Positions 1 through 11,367 of a DNA stretch of 32,581 nucleotides are shown piece by piece. The translations under genes and the position numbers were made by a program. How positions within the stretch are numbered: position 1 is the first letter of the stretch; every line of letters begins with the position of its first letter. The DNA comes from Catajapyx aquilonaris. Taxonomy: Eukaryota. The stretch spans positions 1 to 32,581 of the forward strand of contig KZ539123.1 in assembly GCA_000934665.2 (NCBI GenBank), given 5' to 3'. The notes below the pieces were generated by a model, which ran no database searches, was not told where the DNA came from, and worked only from the letters and a program-made list of their open reading frames with translations.

Positions 1-97
1 GGCGTTTCCGGACACGGGTTCCTATGTCAAAAATACTTGTCTTGGTCCCCTCTATTACCCCTTAAAGTCTTTGCAGAGTTACAATAAACACCCTGTA
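1..97. mobile_element. Right-hand end (TIR) of a Tc1/mariner-type non-autonomous DNA transposon, truncated by the window edge
   Basis: Ends in AACACCCTG followed by TA (96-97). This is the reverse complement of the TA-CAGGGTGT terminus typical of arthropod Tc1/mariner MITEs. The partner TIR is not in the window. Confidence 0.6.
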
Positions 98-101
98 CAG
101 T

Positions 102-341
102 ATATTGGAACATTTTCGATACATAATTAGAGGATTAGTCTCCGGTTAAGTATTGGAACATTTCCGATACATAATTACAGAATTAATCTCCGGTTAAGTA
201 TTGGAACATTTCCGATACATAATTAGAGAATTAATCTCCGGTTAAGTATTGGAACATTTCCGATACGTAATTAGAGAATTCATCTCCGATTATGTACTGG
301 AACATTTCCGATACATAATTAGAGAATTAATTTCCGATTAT
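102..341. repeat. Minisatellite, 5 tandem copies of a 48-bp unit (consensus GTATTGGAACATTTCCGATACATAATTAGAGAATTAATCTCCGGTTAA)
   Basis: Units start at 102, 150, 198, 246 and 294 (period 48), with few substitutions between copies. Confidence 0.97.
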
Positions 342-409
342 TTATGGGAAGTTCATTTTTTTGACAAAATTATGGGCGGAGGCGGATCAAATTATTGCGT
401 CCGTCTTAC

Positions 410-601
410 CAATAGAAGGAGGCATCGATGCTCCTTGGAGACCCCGCAGCATCCGAGGAGGGTGGTCAGAAGGGCAAGTCCTCCTGCCAGGATCAGGATG
501 TAGGCGATCAGGGCGTAAGTGGCAGTGGTCAGCAGAACTACGAACTCGTGCTTGACCACCACTGTCCACACTCCGACTCCGAGGACTGCCAGGCCAGCCA
601 A
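410..601 (-). CDS. CD151: Tetraspanin (CD151/TSPAN11-like), second coding exon: end of TM1, EC1, TM2 and the intracellular loop
   Basis: 192 nt, 64 aa: LAGLAVLGVGVWTVVVKHEFVVLLTTATYALIAYILILAGGLALLTTLLGCCGVSKEHRCLLLL. It has the tetraspanin LGCCG...E..CLL motif. Acceptor is ttttttcag (AG at 603-602) and donor is TTG|gtaaga (GT at 409-408), phase 0/0. Closely resembles recalled human CD151 LAGLAVMAVGIWT...TYLATAYILVVAG...LGCCATFKERRNLLRL. The symbol marks the subfamily; strict orthology is not shown. Confidence 0.95.
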
Positions 602-774
602 CTGAAAAAATAATAAGGTTCATGATCATAATTTTAGTGCAAACAAGATTGGGGAAATCACGCGGGCTTGATTCGAGTATACTTTTTTATCGTTGTCAAG
701 GAAATGCAAATGGGAAAACAACGACATAGAATGTTGTCAGTTCTCGTTTCTCGTTGTCAGCAAGTATCACCCAC

Positions 775-935
775 ATGTAGGATAGAACTGGTCACCAGAA
801 GTTGACCAGGAAACCTCTTTAGGATCCCCTGAATCCGAATCCGAAAACCGTTTGTCGATATCTCTTGCAGTTTAGGCCCTGATACATGTCCACGGACAGA
901 CGGACGGACATAGGTGTTCTAAAAGACTTTTTTAA
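775..935. mobile_element. Probable fragment of a non-autonomous interspersed repeat (Helitron/DINE-like) with a GGAC/ACAG microsatellite core
   Basis: Contains GAATCCGAATCCGAAAACCGTTTGTCGATATCTC followed by CACGGACAGACGGACGGACA. This layout resembles arthropod DINE-1/HINE-like elements. Boundaries are approximate. Confidence 0.35.
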
Positions 936-1631
936 ATGAATAAAAGTCTAAAATGTACAAAGCAGCATATAATAAGCTTAGGACTCTTTCACACACACAA
1001 AAAAAGGTACAAACAGTGAAAACGGCAGAGGAATAATGCAGCTCTGCAATTACAAAGCCCACGTTACACACAAAAAAGGGGGTACTCATTTATTGCGCTT
1101 CGGCTCACGCATTTGAAGCCAGGCCTCTCTTTTTGGGCAAGTCAAACTAAACTGAGCGGAATACCGGTACGCTACGTGAATCATTTAAATACGGGCTAAA
1201 AAAAAAGAGCTGGTTTCATGGTTCCAGTCATGCCAACTACATGTACTGTAGGTGCAAGTCCGAACGGAATTCGAGTGGACGTTGTAATGGTAAAAGGGGA
1301 GAGAGACTATAGAGGTGATGAAATCGAGAAAAATAGCATTTGGGGAGATTTTTGGTGGGGTCCAAACTGCGGCGGGGGATTTTTTTTTTTTGGGGGGGGG
1401 GGGGGGTTTGAATGTGGTAACTTGAAGGACATTGAGTTCCGAAAGGGAGAGCTGAAAAGTGTGAGGAACCCCAACTTAGCAGCCAAATTATTATAATGTG
1501 ATGGTACAGGGTTGACTGAAGTAAATGAACAGTTAGCAAAATTTTTTGAAAAATTGGGTTAATTCATAAAATCTTTTGGTTATTAGAATGACTTGTAAAA
1601 TAAATACTTATAGTTGCTGGTTTTTATATTT

Positions 1632-1729
1632 AAATCGTACATGCTAATTCGCTGGAAAACTTTGCGTTCATTCACTGTGGTGAAATTGAATGAACACAAA
1701 TTTTTCCAGCGAATTAACACGTAGGATTT
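1632..1729. repeat. Long inverted repeat (foldback): 43-bp arms, 12-nt loop, within a tetraspanin intron
   Basis: 1632-1674 matches the reverse complement of 1687-1729 at 38 of 43 positions with no gaps. Confidence 0.92.
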
Positions 1730-2473
1730 TAATGTGTCTGTTGCGGTTATGTAACTGGATATTTCAAGCAGCTTATTTTAAATCGTGTGCGATTTAGCTA
1801 GGAAAAAAAACGGAGCCTTTGTCAACAGGAGATATTTGAACCCTCCCCCTAAAATGACAATCCCGCAAACTATTCGCATCAAAACGAGCCCGAGTTTACA
1901 GCCTCCCAGATGCAGCAAGTTGCCGTCGTTGGCAGTTCCATCCCCCTCCAGGCCCCCGTCGTCGTCGTCGTCACCGTCGTCTTCTTCACCCGACGCCTGA
2001 TTGCAGCAGGCGGCAGCCAATCTTCAGTCACCAGACCCTCCGTTCAAATTGACAACCTGATACCCCATTCTTTGAACGCTGCAAGGCTTACACAACCTAC
2101 ATAACTCCACTGCTAGTAAAGTTACATAACTCAGTTTTTTTTACGCAGTAAAAAAAAGAAGTTAACTTTGTGAACCATTAGTTGAATAAAGTCACCACAA
2201 AATGGAAAGGAAGCATTTAATCCTGGGTGCAAAAGGCAGCGTCACATTTGGAAGAAAACGAGCCAGAGGCGCCTTGGCTCCTATTCATCCTAATGGCGAA
2301 AAAGGAACGCCGTCAAGGTGCCAGAGTGACACTCGCACTTACGAAACTAGAGTTACAAAGTGCACCGTGGGCTTATTGTTGCAACCTTTTCTCGTCGACA
2401 ACCCCCCCACTTCAGGGAGCAGAAAAGGAGAAAACTTTTCATTTCACACGATTTGCAAAACACAAAGGGGACT

Positions 2474-2495
2474 GAGAGAGAGAGAGAGAGAGAGA
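2474..2495. repeat. (GA)n microsatellite
   Basis: About 11 perfect GA units are directly visible. Confidence 0.95.
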
Positions 2496-2691
2496 AAAAA
2501 CTAGGATAAATTATTAAAAGAGTCTGGCACTGATGGCCACTGTGGAAAATTAGTAGTATAAAAACAGTACTGAGAAATAATTATACAAATATTTAATTTT
2601 AATAGGAATCATATATATGTAGAATTGACTATGACTTTGTCCCTACACGCGTTGACTCATCACCAACGTGCATGTAGTTGCCACTTTCTCC

Positions 2692-2761
2692 GTAGTGTGC
2701 AGATGCGCTCCATCTGATGGTGGCATATCGTACTAGGTACTAGTCCGGGCATTGTTGCCAA
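2692..2761 (-). repeat. Short dispersed repeat, copy 1 (inverted relative to the copy at 30420-30507)
   Basis: Its reverse complement, TTGGCAA...CGGACT..TAGTACGATAT..CCATCAGATGGAGCGCATC TGCACACTAC, is collinear with 30420-30507. Confidence 0.7.
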
Positions 2762-4644
2762 ATTTAGTCAGCGGGTTTACTACTAGTACACTAGAGAAAT
2801 GTAAACCTCATTAGTCGATGCAATTAATTTGATGAGTTCGCATGTTATTTATTCGCGATAATACATGGCTCCAGCATAATCTTACTCCACTCCAATGCGT
2901 GGTCGCAGTCTCCAAACAGCAGATTAAAACCGTGACCACCGTCCAATGTACTTGACCCCTCGACTGACCTTTAATCGCCACTCTTGGCACACTTCCCCCC
3001 AGTCGAGTGACTGGGGAGGCCAAGGCACCCAAGGGACGCTTTAAAAAATGCCAAATCGATATATGCAATAATCCCCGTGCGAAATCCGCAGCTTGAAATA
3101 TTACAAAATCAATACTCCCACCCTTCAAAAAATGTTGTACGCTCTCCTTTAGGACCAACATCATACACTTGGTCCTAATATATTCAATAAATAATATTGG
3201 AGACAAATATATTGTGGGCTGAAGTTGTAGAGCTAATTTAACTATAGGGTCAAACTGGACCCTGGGCTGAAAATGGGTGCGGTTGAAGCTCCGGAGAAGT
3301 CGGTTACGGTTTGCGGACCCACCCGGATTTCCCTGAGCGTGCACCGCGGTGATGAAGAGTCCCTGGGTTTGGTGGGTCCTTCCCCAATGTTGCACGACAC
3401 AGACATCCATCAGTTAGACGGAGGTTTTAAGCTCTTTCTGCAGCAGTTGCAGTCAGGGGAACTAACTAAAAGCGTGGTCTGGCTCAAATCTGTTGGACTC
3501 AGTCGAGGAAAAATAGAAACGGGTGCTGCTGGGGAATGCGGATGTGAATGGTCACGTCCAGGCAGACACGACTCATTGCCATTTCAACCTTTCAAAGGTT
3601 CAAAAATAAATCTTGCCTGGTCAGCACGTGTGGCGCTACCACTTTCATACTGTCTTTTTTAAATACCTGAGTGAGCTCCTTGGTCTGGGGATTTTAGGAA
3701 AGTACACAAATAGCTCAACCATCACGCATTCCACCACTTTTCAGCATCAAAATGCAATTCCTCGATGAATTATCGGGGGACGTCGAAAAGTCACTTTCAA
3801 ATTGGAGCGAAAAAGGGGGCGTGGCCTAGTGGGCGCATTCCGATTCACTGCCTTTTGCGGATGATGTCATCAGACATTGGCGATAGCTTTTCTTGCGGTG
3901 ATGTTTGAAACCCAGAGTCAAATAACATTTTATAGACTATAGAGGTTTACGCCCTGCTTATCATGTTGCAATTCGACGCATTAATGCCGAATATAAAACA
4001 GGCTCAATGTATGTCGGTGGTTGACCCAAAGGTATTGGTTACGCATCTGCAATACGATCTCTTATACAAGTACATACAGAACAGAACAGGAAAAGTCAGC
4101 ATCATTATGTAAAAGTAGCGGTCTATTCTGTAATTACTATTACGTACAAGGTCATACTCGCCTGTATGCAATTGAGGGTGTCATTATTCTCAACTAGTCA
4201 TACACAATCCGAACAAAATGTTAATTTACCAAAATTGCACATTATCACACGTGAAATCCAATCCGGAACAGCTCCTATTGCGCAATAATTCATACGAGTT
4301 AAATTATTCATCCGCGCCGGCTATAATTACTCTGTCGCCTTACCTACAATATTATCGCCGTGGCCCAGATGTCTCACCTGGCTTCTAAGGAGTTTGTCAT
4401 GCAAAGTGAGCCCAACCTCTCTCGCACCTCCTGTACAAACACCTCCCCCACTTTTCAGATGATATAAAACCAGTGGGGGAGGGAGGGGGGGGGGCTAAAT
4501 AATGTAAAGAAAACTCGTAAAGTGCTACTATAATGAGGGCCTTGCAAACACACCACCAAAACTTTCCCCGCTCGCGTTAATTACAAATCACCTGAGCACA
4601 CAACAATTGCAAGCTCTCTCTCCCTCTCCAATCATGAAACTCAC

Positions 4645-4731
4645 CAGAAACACGAAATTGAAGATGAAGAGGACATATTTGAGGAAGTTGACGCTGCAGC
4701 ATCCGTCTTCTTTGGACTTCCGATAAGCCAT
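4645..4731 (-). CDS. CD151: Tetraspanin (CD151/TSPAN11-like), first coding exon: N-terminal cytoplasmic tail and start of TM1
   Basis: ATG at 4731 in a strong Kozak context (GACACCATGG). Encodes MAYRKSKEDGCCSVNFLKYVLFIFNFVFL (29 aa), with the tetraspanin KY.LF.FN..F motif and juxtamembrane Cys. Donor CTG|gtgagt is phase 0 and joins 601 in frame across a 4043-nt intron. Confidence 0.95.
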
Positions 4732-4776
4732 GGTGTCCTTCGGCGCCTCTTCCAGCCTTATCCGATGCCTCGCTTC
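4732..4776 (-). other. 5' UTR portion of the start-codon exon of the tetraspanin gene
   Basis: Good acceptor tttttttccgtgttattgttgcag| with AG at 4778-4777. This implies at least one more upstream exon. Confidence 0.75.
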
Positions 4777-4926
4777 CTGCAACAATAACACGGAAAAAAA
4801 ACTGGTTACAAATTGTGCATCACGGCCAAGGGCTTAATGTATGCTCATGGACGACCTTCCTTCACACACTGCATATGAACACACCTGTGGGAGACCTTGA
4901 CTGGTTTTTCCCTATACGAAACACTC

Positions 4927-5008
4927 GGAATTTTAGTTCCACTGCTAGATACTGCTAACTTAGCCAACACTACGTTAGCAGTAACTGTAGCAGTGGGACG
5001 AAAATTCC
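4927..5008. repeat. Imperfect inverted repeat (MITE-like foldback), ~33-35-bp arms, ~14-nt spacer
   Basis: Left arm GGAATTTTAGTTCCACTGCTAGATACTGCTAAC (4927-4959) versus reverse complement of 4974-5008, GGAATTTTCGTCCCACTGCTACAGTTACTGCTAAC. Confidence 0.85.
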
Positions 5009-8000
5009 ACTCATTAACAGTTAGTTAATTACAAGCAGCATTACATTTTATGATTATCTTATCAGCGACATTTAAAAAAAATCATGCAAATATTGTAACC
5101 GAGCAGCTATATTTCCTGCCAAGCTTCCCCCGGATTTTTTTTCCGGGTCGATTTCGAACCTCCTTTTATAGTCTCCGTAACGGTCCGGAGTTATCCGGGC
5201 CGTCGGACTGCATCCATCCGCACATCCTTCCTCGTTTGTGACCTTTTTCGTCATCCGCATGACATCATCTCACTTTTTTCCAGAGGTTTAATCTGCTATT
5301 TTTTTTTTGAGAAGGAAAATGGCGGAGCTGAACTTTTCCATACGTGAAAATGTCACTGGGTTCCAATCTAGCATTCAGAAGTTAACTATGTGAAAAATAT
5401 TATGTAAAAAAAAAGAGAGAAGGAAGCGAAGAAAAGTGCCGGTGGTTAGATTGTGACGAAGTGCCGATGGAGGATTTTGAGCGGACAAAGTGTCCCTGTG
5501 GGTAACCGTCCCATCTGACACCCTCAAGCTTTATACTGGCACCATTGGAAGCCGCAGAAAATTCTACCCCAGGCCAAATATGGGAAAAGTGGGGGTTTTT
5601 TTTTCGACCCAGGTCAGCAAGTCTGCCAAAAATTGGTTTTTGATTTTATCACCCCGGACTATGGAGCGTTATATTTTTTGGCAGCAGGTTGAACCTACGA
5701 AGAATGATCGACACAAAAAAATATTGCATTGAAGCAAAGGTCTATTAGTAAGAAGAGCTAATGACGTATTTGCATTTCAGAGATAGAGTGTCTCCCGCAG
5801 GAGGCTGCAGTTAATAATAGTTACGCGGAAGTGATCAATATGGATGTATCTCGCGGGAGAGGGAAACTTCGCCTCTCTGTCTCGAATCATCCATTCATGC
5901 AGAGTAAGTCAGAATTGAGCGAGGAAGAACCCTGCGGCTGTTTTCCAATGAATATGTATTGGACCTCGAGAAGAATGGCTTAGCATTTGGGATGGTTGTT
6001 CGATTTCGTATAGTATGGTATACGGCCTTGCAAAAAATAGAGCTGATCAAGTGCTGGTATTATTCTGCAGCGTTCACTGGAATTAATGTGTACCTGCATT
6101 AAACTATGCAGGAGCAAGCTTGTACTGTATGCTTCACATATGGTTTTTAACAACCTACAGAAGCGCCACTAACTGTATAACCTGGTGTACAGTACCTATA
6201 ATGAATTTGCATCACTGTACCCCCAGCTACTTATACGGCACATTACTATGGCCTTTGCTTGCAAACCAAACACAACATTGGGCATTGCCTTTGGTGAATC
6301 ACAAACATGGCCCTACTGGATAACAGGTTCTTACCATGGCAGAGGCAGAGGAGACACTGCACCCTGGTAATGGAGTGGCATTATTCCCGGTGGCTACACG
6401 TACCGGGGGGCACAGACCAACTACGCAGCCTCCCCAGAGTATCAGACCTTACGAGACCAAAAGCGCATGACAGCCATTTTCGCTTTACCCTTTCCCCTCC
6501 CACTCTGACAACCACATCTACACCAAGTAATGAGAAAGGCATGTTCAACGTCACTCGTTGGAACCATCCGCATTTCTCCTGAATATATGGTGACCCCCGG
6601 GGGGGAAAAAAAGAGGCGGATTCAAATCAGTTGACGCCAACTTATGAGACGAAACCTTACATGTGCAGAGCTTGGGAATAAGTCAAGAACCTCTTGAGAA
6701 GAAGGCTCAAGTAGTATAGCTTCTGCAGTGAGATTAGAGCGAAATATCGCCTGGAAACGAAACATCTCAAGTGCGGCCAAGAATAGCGAGGGATTGTCCT
6801 TAACTATGCTTTTCTGAAGAAAATATCTGGTCAATTTTTAGCAGACGAAAAAGTCAATTTTTTTTCCTGCAAAAATTTCGTCCGCAAGAATGCGAGGCCG
6901 GGGCCTCTGTAATGGAAATAAACTGGTCGCTCTCGGGGATGTTGCAGCTGTAACAATGGCATGACGTGCATTCGTTTTCAGGGAATGAGAAAATCCCGAG
7001 GGAAGAGAGGAGAAGGAGAGGGGAGGGGGGGAAATATTGCCGGAGGCTTCGAGTCTCTGACATTTCATTCCCACTCCATATACTCGTTAGGAGAACTGAG
7101 AAAAGTGGGAGGCAGCTTGCAACTTTTCAGAAGCAGAATGTCGGGGTATATAACAACATATCGGGGAGAGATACTCATTGCCTGGAAATTACCTCTTGTG
7201 CAGTGCGAAATAGAAAAATTTAGACGATTCTGTCATTTTTAGCGAATAAGTTGAAAATCATTGAAAAGAGAGGAAACTTTCGATTCACTCTGACATTGTG
7301 AATAAAAAGTTAAACCAACAATTCGAGCAGAAAATTCTGCAAAAATTATTGAGAGAATACGGAAATTATATTGGGTTGTCATACAGTAGAATATTCTTTG
7401 TCGACAGAATAACACTTGCTGGAGAATCCAAGAAGTTGCCTCAAATGGCGATTAACCCAAACGGAAAAGAACCCAAAACGAGCAAATTTTGGAAGCGAGG
7501 TGGCAAAGCGATAAGAGCCAAGTCCCCCCAACTTAAGACGAGCCTAGCAATTGGCAAAGCCCAAAATTCAATTAGAAGGCCCCAAGTTTCTCCTCTTTCC
7601 CCAGCAAACCAAAACCGCAAACGCCTAAATCCGGAAAACCAAGGCTTCCTTATACTGAGGGGGAATCCCCGTTCAGACAAAAAATTTCTCTCCGAACAAG
7701 TGGGGTGATGAGACGAATGCAAAGAAGGGTAGAGAAGGAAGGGGGGGTCCCCAAAATCCAAGGAGTTTGAATGCTGGTCTAGGAGATGGGGAGGTTAAAG
7801 GCACGAGGCTGGAATACTCATCCAGTGGCTCCAATCTGCTGCAGGCTCTTTACCTTTGGAAAAGAGGAGTTTAGCATTCTCCTAAACGATGCCAGCTTTG
7901 TTTAGGGGGGCTCGAGACTAGACCAGAATCCTCAAGAGGAGACCTCTCTTCCGCTTTTGAAACCACCGCTTGTTGGGGTGGCACCGACAACTCAAGAGCA

Positions 8001-8049
8001 GACCAAAATTAACCTGCCAATCTAAAGTGCATACCAGGATACACATCAA

Positions 8050-8237
8050 GGGAAAATCGAAAGAAAGAAAATCGAGATGGGGGCGGCTGTGGCCTATTAT
8101 TTACGGAAGCGACCCCGGAATTTTCCTGGGAGGACCGTGGGAAACCACAGAAAACCACGGTCAGGATCGCCGGCCCCGGGACTCGAACCCAGGATTAGCA
8201 GTCGAACGCCTTTTTCACTCCACCAACCTGCGTTGGT
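8050..8237 (-). mobile_element. tRNA-headed SINE copy
   Basis: The minus strand has an A-box-like TGGTGGAGTG (8225-8216) and a B-box GGTTCGAGTCC (8189-8179). The body (ATCCTGACCGTGGTTTTCTGTGGTTTCCCACGGTCCTCCCAGGAAAATTCCGGGG...AGGCCACAGCCGC) resembles abundant insect SINEs from recall, and is followed by a simple TTTC-rich tail. Ends are approximate. Confidence 0.75.
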
Positions 8238-10383
8238 CTTGGTGTTAATAATGTATTACTTGCACATGCTGGGTGCATTTGTCTATGAACAGCTCCAGGC
8301 TTTAGACAACATCAACAGTGTTCATTAATATTAATATTACAGGCTGCTACTCACATATTTTTAGCGGAATTTGCCTCAAGTTACAACCAAGAACCTGCAG
8401 CAGCACATGTGTGTACAGGTTTGTGTAGTACTACACGAGTTATGTAAAGCTTGAAATAACACAGAAATTTTAAAATATGAATCACAGCATAATTATGTTA
8501 AAATTTAAAAGACACTTATAGTCTACTAACTCGTACTGTACATATTATACTAACCAAATTAATTCAGCTCATAATTTAGTGCAAGTATTGAACAGTGTTG
8601 AAGGGATCGACACTCACCAGCAGCCTAAAAACAAGGTGGAAAAAACATTCCTTAGCTGCAGCGCAAAAAAAAATTTGCCTGCGAAATGAATTAACATTTA
8701 CAAGATTGATGAAGTTTCCGGTTGAGACCTTCCGGCGACGTGAGAGGAGTTCCGTAATTATGCTTTTGGTGGTTCCAGGCCCTTCCTGTCGATAGAAGGA
8801 GCCTAATTGCAGGTCGAGTCAGTCTGGCATTAAGATGGCCTTATCGCAGCAAGCCTTGCCGTTCCACACACAAACTTTCCTCTCACTCTTCTTCTTTAAA
8901 AAAAAAAAAAAAACTCTTGCCTTTGATCCACACCCTGTGCTTAAAACCCTCTGGGTCATCACCCTCCTTTCATCAGTTTGAAAAATTGCTAAATCAAATT
9001 AAGCCTGACTGCCAGGGGCTTCAAGTTTTGCAAATTACAGAGGGGGGGCCAAGGAGAAAATCACTTGAGAGGAGCTATAGGTTGAAAAAAGCTTAAGAAA
9101 ATTAGCGCAATTTTAATTACGGTTATTAAATTGGGCTAGCACTTGATTGTATCATGTTCATACACACGCACGTTTGCCTGGAGGTGACACTTAAATCGTA
9201 GACTATCAGACATAACATTTTGGGTTTCAAATTTCAAAATTCAAATTTGGTCAGCATCCCGAACTTACTGAGAGCTGTGCATTTATGCAGAGGGGAATGA
9301 AGGCCACGTGACCATATAGTTCTTGCCATTTCCGCCCTTAGCCTTGGCCTCTTCATTACCGACCATGCGGCTGACATTTTTGTGATGTCCCATACAGCCA
9401 AGCACTGCTCTTATGTTAATCTGACCGGAAGACGAAAGCGCACAGCATGAAGCAAAAAATTGTATGCTGCACGTATTGTGATTTCAAGAGGCAAGATGTG
9501 ACTCGACCAAACAAGGCACTTATTCACCTTTTGGGACAGTAAGCCGCCGCCTTCTGCACGTAACTTATCCTACACAACCCATTTTCAGCGGTGCTTATTC
9601 CGCAGGCTGGGTGTTACCAGCACTCAAACGCTCATCTGCATGGCTTCAAAGTTTGCCAGCTTTCTACACTGTTTTTAGAGTTTTAAGCTGGGCTATTCTG
9701 CAGTCTCGCGTCTGGTTCCCACAGTATTGATGGTTAAGTCAGGCAGTAAAAATGGCGGTCCCATAACCCTCCCTTTTCATGTCCTGAAGTTCCGCTGAAC
9801 ACTTTTTTCTCTCTCTCTCTTTCATTGGACTAAAGTTGCAGGAAGTAGCGCAAAAAAAAAAATCGAGCGTTGCAATTCAGAGTTGAGAGCCTTATCACCA
9901 TGTACCACGATTCGAAGACCGCCCATAGTTTGCTAACCGAATCAGGAAAGGGACGACTAAAGTTTTGGCAACGTCACCATCAAAGTCGTTATCTGCACTG
10001 ACTGTTTTCCAGAATGAATTGCGTCATTAATTACTCTTTTTTTTAACTAAACAGCTTAGCAAATTGGTCAAAATTTCGTCACACTGCTAGTTAAAACTGT
10101 TGTAGAATTGGCATCATTGTTGAGAGTTGACCGACCATTTGCTTGGTTTCCACGCTCAAAATAAAACCCGCTCCTGCTGCAAGTCCCCATGAGTTAATCC
10201 TGATAAAAACTCGTGAAAGTAAAATGAGGGGGGATTTTAACTCCTAGCGGGGAAACCATGGCGCATTCTAGGTCCTCCCCCACCTCCCAAAAAAAATGCA
10301 TTAGACGTGCCTCATCACCGCGACAAGTTTTCCAAATGACAGCAGCCCAGCGACGTACCAGATCAAGTAATGAATGAATATCC

Positions 10384-10399
10384 NNNNNNNNNNNNNNNN
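10384..10399. other. Assembly gap (16 N) next to a poly-C run
   Basis: The Ns are directly visible. Confidence 1.
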
Positions 10400-11284
10400 C
10401 CCCCCCCCCCACGATTAACAAAGCCCAAATAAAGTCAAAATGCACTTGGATTTACCTCTCAGACGTCCCAAAAAACAAAAAAAGGGATTTCAAACAAAAC
10501 CGATATTTAACTACCCACGATAAAATAGCTAATTCCATCATTCCGACCCAAATCAATAATGATTAACCTGGATTGTCCATTAATCCACATCAGTTATCCT
10601 GTCACGCAAATAAAATGCAATAACCGGGGGTCGGTAATGTTCGGGGGGGCACAGGGATTATTCTGCCAATATTTTATCCCTTCCAAAAAGATTGATGCTG
10701 ACACCGGACGCAGTACGTGTCGTGTCAAAACAATATTTGGAACAATTTTTAAGGAGAAACGACAGGTACCGTCATATTAAAATTGATGGTCACAGCTGCA
10801 AGCATGACGAAAAAATAGTGACCTTACATCTGAACTATGGAGATAGACATAACTAATGTCTTCCGGTGTTTTGACTCCTGAGACAAACTATTGTACTTCC
10901 TGCAATTTGCGTCCACCAGAGACACAACAAAAAAACATGTGTACTCCAGGCTGCCCGTGTCCAAGTTCAAACGAGGCTTTTAAAAAAAAAACGCGCGTTG
11001 AACAATTCGCAATGCAAATAACCCGTTAGCACCCAGCAGTAACGCCCTGGCCGTGTTTTTCAACCATTTCTCTCTGTTCCCCCAGCGCAATATGTGTGTA
11101 CACGTGCGCATGCATAAAACCTCTGTGCCCTTTGTAATCAGCTCGAAAAATCTGGGGGACAACCCCCTCCCTCTAGCGCTGTTGAAATTCGCGACCACAA
11201 AACCCCGAGTTCCTATACCGTTGCTGAAAATTTATGATTTTCGCAGTTTGCCCTTTCTAGCTCAGGCTGTAAATAATAGCTTAC

Positions 11285-11367
11285 CTTTTTCGCCAGCCTC
11301 TCTCTAAATCACGGATCCAGTCTGAACGCTGCCACCCAAACTTCTGTTGTGTCCATGTCTGCTGCAC
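11285..11367 (-). other. Candidate 83-nt internal 5' UTR exon of the tetraspanin transcript, containing a 15-aa uORF
   Basis: Acceptor ttattcttgtgatatctttgcag|G and donor AAAAG|gtaagc. Same strand as, and upstream of, the exon at 4776. Support comes from splice signals only. Confidence 0.45.

Noticed and set aside
102..341. CRISPR-like appearance of regularly spaced repeats
   Set aside because: The units are contiguous with no unique spacers, the context is eukaryotic intron, and there are no cas genes.
249..503. 84-aa plus-strand ORF with repeated EHFRY.IRE.ISDY
   Set aside because: An artefact of the 48-bp (16-codon) minisatellite running into the antisense of the tetraspanin exon.
1778..2104. 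Overlapping Ser/Pro-rich, Asp-rich and Val-rich ORFs
   Set aside because: Produced by a (GTC)n-like low-complexity tract. No recognisable domain or convincing splice sites.
2811..3662. 199-aa minus and 129-aa plus intronic ORFs
   Set aside because: No recognisable motif (no RT, endonuclease or transposase signature). Likely chance frames or unrecognisably decayed repeat.
4588..4791. Full 67-aa ORF as the tetraspanin N-terminus
   Set aside because: It reads through the acceptor at 4777 and the donor at 4644. Only 4645-4731 is supported as coding.
7298..7761. 136-aa basic plus ORF and 106-aa antisense ORF
   Set aside because: Non-ATG starts, composition driven by A-runs, and no family resemblance.
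8179..8237. Possible tRNA gene
   Set aside because: Box spacing is too short, no cloverleaf is evident, and it continues into a SINE body.
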